From: a virus
DNA length: 64,000 nt
Direction: 5' to 3' (one strand)
IMG/VR virus record: IMGVR_UViG_3300042987_003796
Coordinates: 1-64,000 of that record
Each line of letters opens with the position of its first letter. Positions within the stretch are counted from its first letter, which is position 1. Positions 59,549 to 64,000 of the stretch are shown here, in pieces. Both the position numbers and the translations under genes were made by a program. The notes under the pieces were generated by a model. The model had not been told where the DNA came from. It ran no database searches and saw only the letters and a program-made list of their open reading frames with translations.

Positions 59549-60461
59549 TCCAGAAGACGTAAAGCAAATACTTGAACAGCTTGGATATAAACTTAACGAC
59601 AGAGGCAAAGAATGGAGATCAAAGCCGCTATACAGGGATTCTGATAATGATACTTCGTTAAAAATAAATAAACTTGACGGAAAATGGATAGATTTTGCTA
59701 GGAACGAATCTGGCAATATAGAGCAGCTTGTAGAAAAAACATTAGGAATTTCTTTTGGAACTGGAAAGAGCTGGATAAAGAAGAATGGAATAAATGTTTC
59801 TTCCGCTGGCGCGCTTAAAATAAAAGAAGAAATAAACTTAGATTATGTTAAATTTTTTGATCCAGATCTTTTAAAAAAACTTTCATGCAATTATTCTTAT
59901 TGGAATAAAAGGGGTATAAAAAAAGAAACACTTATAGAATTTGGAGGAGGTTTGTGTTCTACTGGAAAAATGGCTGGAAGATATGTTTTCCCAATCTTCG
60001 ACGAGGAAAAAAGAATTAGAGGATTTTCAGGAAGATCAATTTATACAAATAACGAAATAAAATGGAAGCACATAGGCAAAAGAAGCGACTGGAACTACCC
60101 ATTATTTTTAACAAGAGATTATATTGAAAAGGAAAAAGAATGCATTATAGTAGAGAGCATTGGCGATGGGCTGAGCCTATGGCAAGCAGGCGTTAAAAAC
60201 TTTATTATTTCTTTTGGATTGAATTCATTAGATCATATTTGCTATTTACTAGTTGAGCTTGATCCATCTATAATAACTATAGCATTTAATAACGATCTTG
60301 TTGGTGGAAAAACTAGCGGATCAGGAAATGCTGCCGCTAGAAATTTTAAAAAAAACCTAGAAACTTTCTTTTCAAAAGATCAAATCTCTGTAAAGTTACC
60401 CGATATTAATGACTTTGGATCAATGACAGAAGAACAAATTTTACAATGGAAGAACAAATAA
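59526..60461 (+). CDS. DnaG-like primase
   Basis: YVFPI......GFSGR, KW, Toprim IIVESIGD and IAFNND. Confidence 0.85.
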   Translation: MKTTTSYNPEDVKQILEQLGYKLNDRGKEWRSKPLYRDSDNDTSLKINKLDGKWIDFARNESGNIEQLVEKTLGISFGTGKSWIKKNGINVSSAGALKIKEEINLDYVKFFDPDLLKKLSCNYSYWNKRGIKKETLIEFGGGLCSTGKMAGRYVFPIFDEEKRIRGFSGRSIYTNNEIKWKHIGKRSDWNYPLFLTRDYIEKEKECIIVESIGDGLSLWQAGVKNFIISFGLNSLDHICYLLVELDPSIITIAFNNDLVGGKTSGSGNAAARNFKKNLETFFSKDQISVKLPDINDFGSMTEEQILQWKNK

Positions 60462-61468
60462 AAAATAAACCGCTTTACCTGAGCGCTTCAAAAATAAAAA
60501 CATACGCATCATGCTCTTGGCAGTACTATGCCTCATATAATCTAAAAATCCCTCAATCAGGAAACAGCGGAGCATCTAGAGGCACCGTTGTCCATAATTT
60601 ATTTGAATTAATATCTAAGCCAAAGCATACTCACTTCATTCAGAAGATATGGTTGGCTGGAAGCCCAGAAAAAATTCCAGCTATTAAAAAATTTCTAGAA
60701 AAACAATTTAAAAAAGAAAAACTAGACTTCAACGAACAGGTTAAGCCGATAAAAGCTAAATACGGAAATAAAAATAATTGGGAAAGCGTATGCGAGATGG
60801 TAATGACCACCTTGAAATTTGAATTTTTAGAATCAGAAAATAAAAAAATAACACACTCAGAATATGAATTTGATATAATAAATGAAAATCCAAAGTATGC
60901 AGTAAGGGGTTTTATAGATAGACTATCGGAAGAAGACGAAGGAAAAACTCTTAGAATTTTAGATTACAAAAGCTCTTCAAAGAAATTTAAAGGAGAAGAC
61001 GAGGAGGCAAATATTCAAGCAATGATATACTCACTTGTTGCTAGAAAAATATGGAAAAATTATAAGAATTATAAAGCAAGTTTTTTCTTCATGAGGTTTC
61101 CAGAAGATCCATATCAACACAATGAATTTTCCGAAAAAGAATTAAACGGTTTAGAGCATTACTTAGAGTATATAACCGAGATACTAGAAAACATTAACGA
61201 AGATTCAGCGAAAGATAACCTAGCAGTCAATGACAAAGAAAAATCCTGGCTTTGTGGAAGAGGAAAATGGATATGTCCTTATAAAAATAAGATTACGTTT
61301 TATAAAGTAATTGACAAAACCAAAACAGGAAAAGACTCAGAGATTTCCTCTCACTTGAAACTAGAAGACGCCCAAGAAACCGCTGCAAAAAAAGAGAACT
61401 GGCAAGTTAAAACAATATTTTATGATGGTTGTCCGGCTTTCAAATCAAATCAATTTCTTGATTTTTAA
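60446..61468 (+). CDS. PD-(D/E)xK exonuclease, Cas4/AddB-like
   Basis: LSASKI...C, GTVVH, RGFIDR, ILDYKSS, QAMIY, C-terminal Cys residues. Confidence 0.85.
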   Translation: MEEQIKNKPLYLSASKIKTYASCSWQYYASYNLKIPQSGNSGASRGTVVHNLFELISKPKHTHFIQKIWLAGSPEKIPAIKKFLEKQFKKEKLDFNEQVKPIKAKYGNKNNWESVCEMVMTTLKFEFLESENKKITHSEYEFDIINENPKYAVRGFIDRLSEEDEGKTLRILDYKSSSKKFKGEDEEANIQAMIYSLVARKIWKNYKNYKASFFFMRFPEDPYQHNEFSEKELNGLEHYLEYITEILENINEDSAKDNLAVNDKEKSWLCGRGKWICPYKNKITFYKVIDKTKTGKDSEISSHLKLEDAQETAAKKENWQVKTIFYDGCPAFKSNQFLDF

Positions 61469-61498
61469 TAAAAAAAAATATATATACAATAATCGACA

Positions 61499-62257
61499 AT
61501 GATTATTCCAGCTTTTAAGTCACACTACTCCCTCAATAAGAGCATTCTTACCCTTGAGGAGTCTCACCTTGAGACTGGACCAAGGTCTATTTTGGGTTTA
61601 ATAAAAAACCACAACCTACAAAACTCGTTCTTAATAGATGATAACATGAGCGGCTTTTTGGAAGCCTACTATAATTCTAAAAACGTAGGCGTAAAATTGA
61701 ACTTTGGTCTTAGATTAACATTTTGCGCTGATCTAAATGACAAAAGCGACGCCTCAATAAAAACAGAATCAAAATATATAATTTTTTTAAAAGATTCCAA
61801 TGGGTACGAGTCGCTAAGCAAGATTTTTTCGACAGCCGCATCTAAGGGTTTTTATTATATACCCCGCTTGGATTTTAAAACTCTTAAAGAACTTTGGAGC
61901 GATTCGTTAGACATAGGGGTTCCATTTTATGATAGTTTTTTGTTTAATAATCACATGCGAATGTACAACTGTTTTCCTCCAGATTTTTGGAGCTGCCCAA
62001 CATTCTTCTGGGAAGATAATTCGATACCGTTCGACAGAGTATATAAGCGCTCTCTCTTAGAACACCTTTCCAAAAATTATCCTGAATGTGAAATTATTAG
62101 AATGCAGTCTATCTTTTACGAAATGAAAGATGACTTTCTTGCTTACTTAACAATGAAATGCATTGGAAAAAAATCAACTCTTCAAAAGCCAAACCTCGAC
62201 CATCTTTGTAGCGATGAATTTTGCGTAGAATCTTTTTTAGAAAAACTAGAGTCATAA
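61499..62257 (+). CDS. Stand-alone PHP domain of DNA polymerase III alpha
   Basis: KSHYSL..S, D.NMSGF, GY..L.K..S.A...GFYYIPRLD. Confidence 0.8.
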   Translation: MIIPAFKSHYSLNKSILTLEESHLETGPRSILGLIKNHNLQNSFLIDDNMSGFLEAYYNSKNVGVKLNFGLRLTFCADLNDKSDASIKTESKYIIFLKDSNGYESLSKIFSTAASKGFYYIPRLDFKTLKELWSDSLDIGVPFYDSFLFNNHMRMYNCFPPDFWSCPTFFWEDNSIPFDRVYKRSLLEHLSKNYPECEIIRMQSIFYEMKDDFLAYLTMKCIGKKSTLQKPNLDHLCSDEFCVESFLEKLES

Positions 62258-62258
62258 A

Positions 62259-62909
62259 ATGGAAGAAAATCTTATTAGATTCAATAAAAAAATTAAATTA
62301 CTTTTTATTGATTTTGAAACTGCAAATCTTTGTCTCAACTTTAGATTTAATTTACCATGGCAAATGGCAATGATAAATACTATTGGTGGAGAAAAAATTG
62401 GAGAAGGTCGTAATATCTTAATTAATTGGGGCGATGATTTTAAGTTTTCAAAGGGTGCAGAAGCAATGGCTTACTCTTACTCAAAAGAAAGGATGGAAAA
62501 AGAAGGAATCAAGCCAATAGAAGCCCTTAAGATTCTATCTGAAAATTTAAATAATTGCGACGGAATCGTTGGTCATAATATATTAGGGTTTGATATTTAT
62601 TTAATTAAATGTATCTATAATAAATTAGGAAGACCATACCCCGATGTTCTATCAAAGAAACCCGTATTTGATACCTTTGCAATAGCCAAGGGTTACTTTA
62701 ATAATATTCCATATCAAAAAGGCGATGATTTTATTTTTTATCAATATAAAGTCCTAAATCAAATAATTAAAGGCTCAAAAAATTCTCTTTCAAAGGTTGC
62801 GTCAAATTTCAATATACAGTATAATGAATCAAAGCTTCATGACGGCTTATACGATCTTGAACTTAATGTGCAAGTTTGGAATAAACTAAAATACCAAATA
62901 GATATTTAA
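62259..62909 (+). CDS. DEDDh 3'-5' exonuclease (DnaQ-like)
   Basis: IDFET, GHNILGFD, HDGLYD. Confidence 0.88.
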   Translation: MEENLIRFNKKIKLLFIDFETANLCLNFRFNLPWQMAMINTIGGEKIGEGRNILINWGDDFKFSKGAEAMAYSYSKERMEKEGIKPIEALKILSENLNNCDGIVGHNILGFDIYLIKCIYNKLGRPYPDVLSKKPVFDTFAIAKGYFNNIPYQKGDDFIFYQYKVLNQIIKGSKNSLSKVASNFNIQYNESKLHDGLYDLELNVQVWNKLKYQIDI

Positions 62910-62917
62910 TTTACAAA

Positions 62918-64000
62918 ATGTTCTTAGAAAATTTTAAAGAAATAGAACTTCCGCTTTACGGAGTCAGGTGTCCCACGATTTCTCTTTCTACAAAAGATAG
63001 AGAACAGTATAATATCAAAGAAGGCTCGTCGAACCTAGAGATACTTCAGGCTCTTTGTAATCAGGGGTTTAAAAAGAATTTGCCGAAATGGAAAGAAGAA
63101 AATCTAGATATTGAAGAATACAAAAAAAGAGCAAAGCTTGAAGTTGAAACTCTTTCCAAGCTCGACTTCGTAGATTATATTTTAATCATCTGGGATGTTT
63201 TTAATTTTTGTAACAAAAATAGCATACCAACAGGACTTGGTAGGGGCAGCGCCGCAGGAAGCTTAGTTCTTTACCTTCTTGGGGTAACGGGAATAGATCC
63301 AGTTAAATACGGTCTTTTCTTTCAGCGCTTCGTCTCAGAAGTAAGGGCTAAAAAACAGGTTATTGATGGAGTAACTTATTTAGATGGAAAAATGATTGCA
63401 GATATCGATAGCGACATTTGCTATTATAGAAGAAAAGAGGTAGTAAAATACCTTGAAGAAAAGTATCCAAATCGCACATCTAAGATGTTAACGGTATCTA
63501 CGCTTTCTGGAAAAGCCCTTATCAAAGACGCCGGTAAGATTATTGGAGAAAAAGAAGAGACGGAGATGAATAAAATAACCTCCCTATTTACTTCAAAGTA
63601 TGGAAAAGTAGCCGAGCCAGAAGAAATGTATGAAACTAGCGAAGAATTTAAAGATTGGTGCGATGAAAATAGACTGATATACGATACGTCTTTAAAATTA
63701 AAAGATTTAATCAGAAACAAAGGGGTTCATGCCTCTGGGATCGTCGTCAGTTTTGATGATTTGAATAAAACTACACCAACAGAGCTAACAGCAGACAAAG
63801 AAGTAGTTTCTTCTTTTACAATGGACTGGGCTACTAAAATTAATATTAAGCTTGACCTATTAGGCTTAAAAAGCGTTTCCGTTATCCATGAGGTGTCTAA
63901 ATTAGTTGGAGTGGATTATAAAAATATAGACCTAGAAAACTATGAAAATATTTACGCTCATTTACAAGATTTAAAAAATCCAAAAGGGCTTTTTCAAATT
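62918..64000 (+). CDS. dnaE: DNA polymerase III alpha catalytic core (3'-truncated by the window)
   Basis: Translated from ATG 62918: GRGSAAGSLVLYLLGVTGIDP, FQRF, DIDSD, HASG, KLDLLGL. Not in the ORF track. Confidence 0.93.
   Translation, partial: MFLENFKEIELPLYGVRCPTISLSTKDREQYNIKEGSSNLEILQALCNQGFKKNLPKWKEENLDIEEYKKRAKLEVETLSKLDFVDYILIIWDVFNFCNKNSIPTGLGRGSAAGSLVLYLLGVTGIDPVKYGLFFQRFVSEVRAKKQVIDGVTYLDGKMIADIDSDICYYRRKEVVKYLEEKYPNRTSKMLTVSTLSGKALIKDAGKIIGEKEETEMNKITSLFTSKYGKVAEPEEMYETSEEFKDWCDENRLIYDTSLKLKDLIRNKGVHASGIVVSFDDLNKTTPTELTADKEVVSSFTMDWATKINIKLDLLGLKSVSVIHEVSKLVGVDYKNIDLENYENIYAHLQDLKNPKGLFQI

Noticed and set aside
60446-61468. Cas4-like gene as part of a CRISPR-Cas system
   Set aside because: No cas1/cas2 or array; it sits in the replication operon as is common for phage exonucleases
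1-64000. Genome-wide stop-codon reassignment
   Set aside because: Code 11 gives dense, full-length genes including a 3087-aa ORF; TAG and TGA both end normal genes

Overview
A 64 kb AT-rich segment of a large tailed bacteriophage genome read in genetic code 11. No capsid, terminase, sheath, tRNA, CRISPR array or integrase was recognised. Positions 1-39.5 kb form a + strand virion module: Pro/Thr-linker and fibre-like genes, a trypsin-like protease, a high-GC beta-repeat island, a duplicated putative head-tail adaptor flanking a fibre cassette, neck and tail-tube genes, two putative chaperones, a 3087-aa tape measure protein (TMP) and tail-tip genes. Three minus-strand genes lie at 39.5-42.0 kb. 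From 42.3 kb onward is a + strand metabolism/replication module: dNMP kinase, sigma factor, SSB-like protein, class Id-like RNR with thioredoxin, dUTPase, a sugar-modification cluster with gmd, RecA-like protein, DnaB, primase, Cas4-like nuclease, and a Pol III alpha split into PHP, exonuclease and core genes. The standout observation is inside the TMP: about 1150 aa form eight cassettes delimited by nine copies of a G-[FY]-[IV]-P-[NS]-F-[AG] motif. The cassettes include two PD-(D/E)xK-like domains, a GNAT domain and a P-loop domain, suggesting a virion-delivered, modular effector polyprotein. All calls come from reading motifs and synteny by eye; no searches were run.
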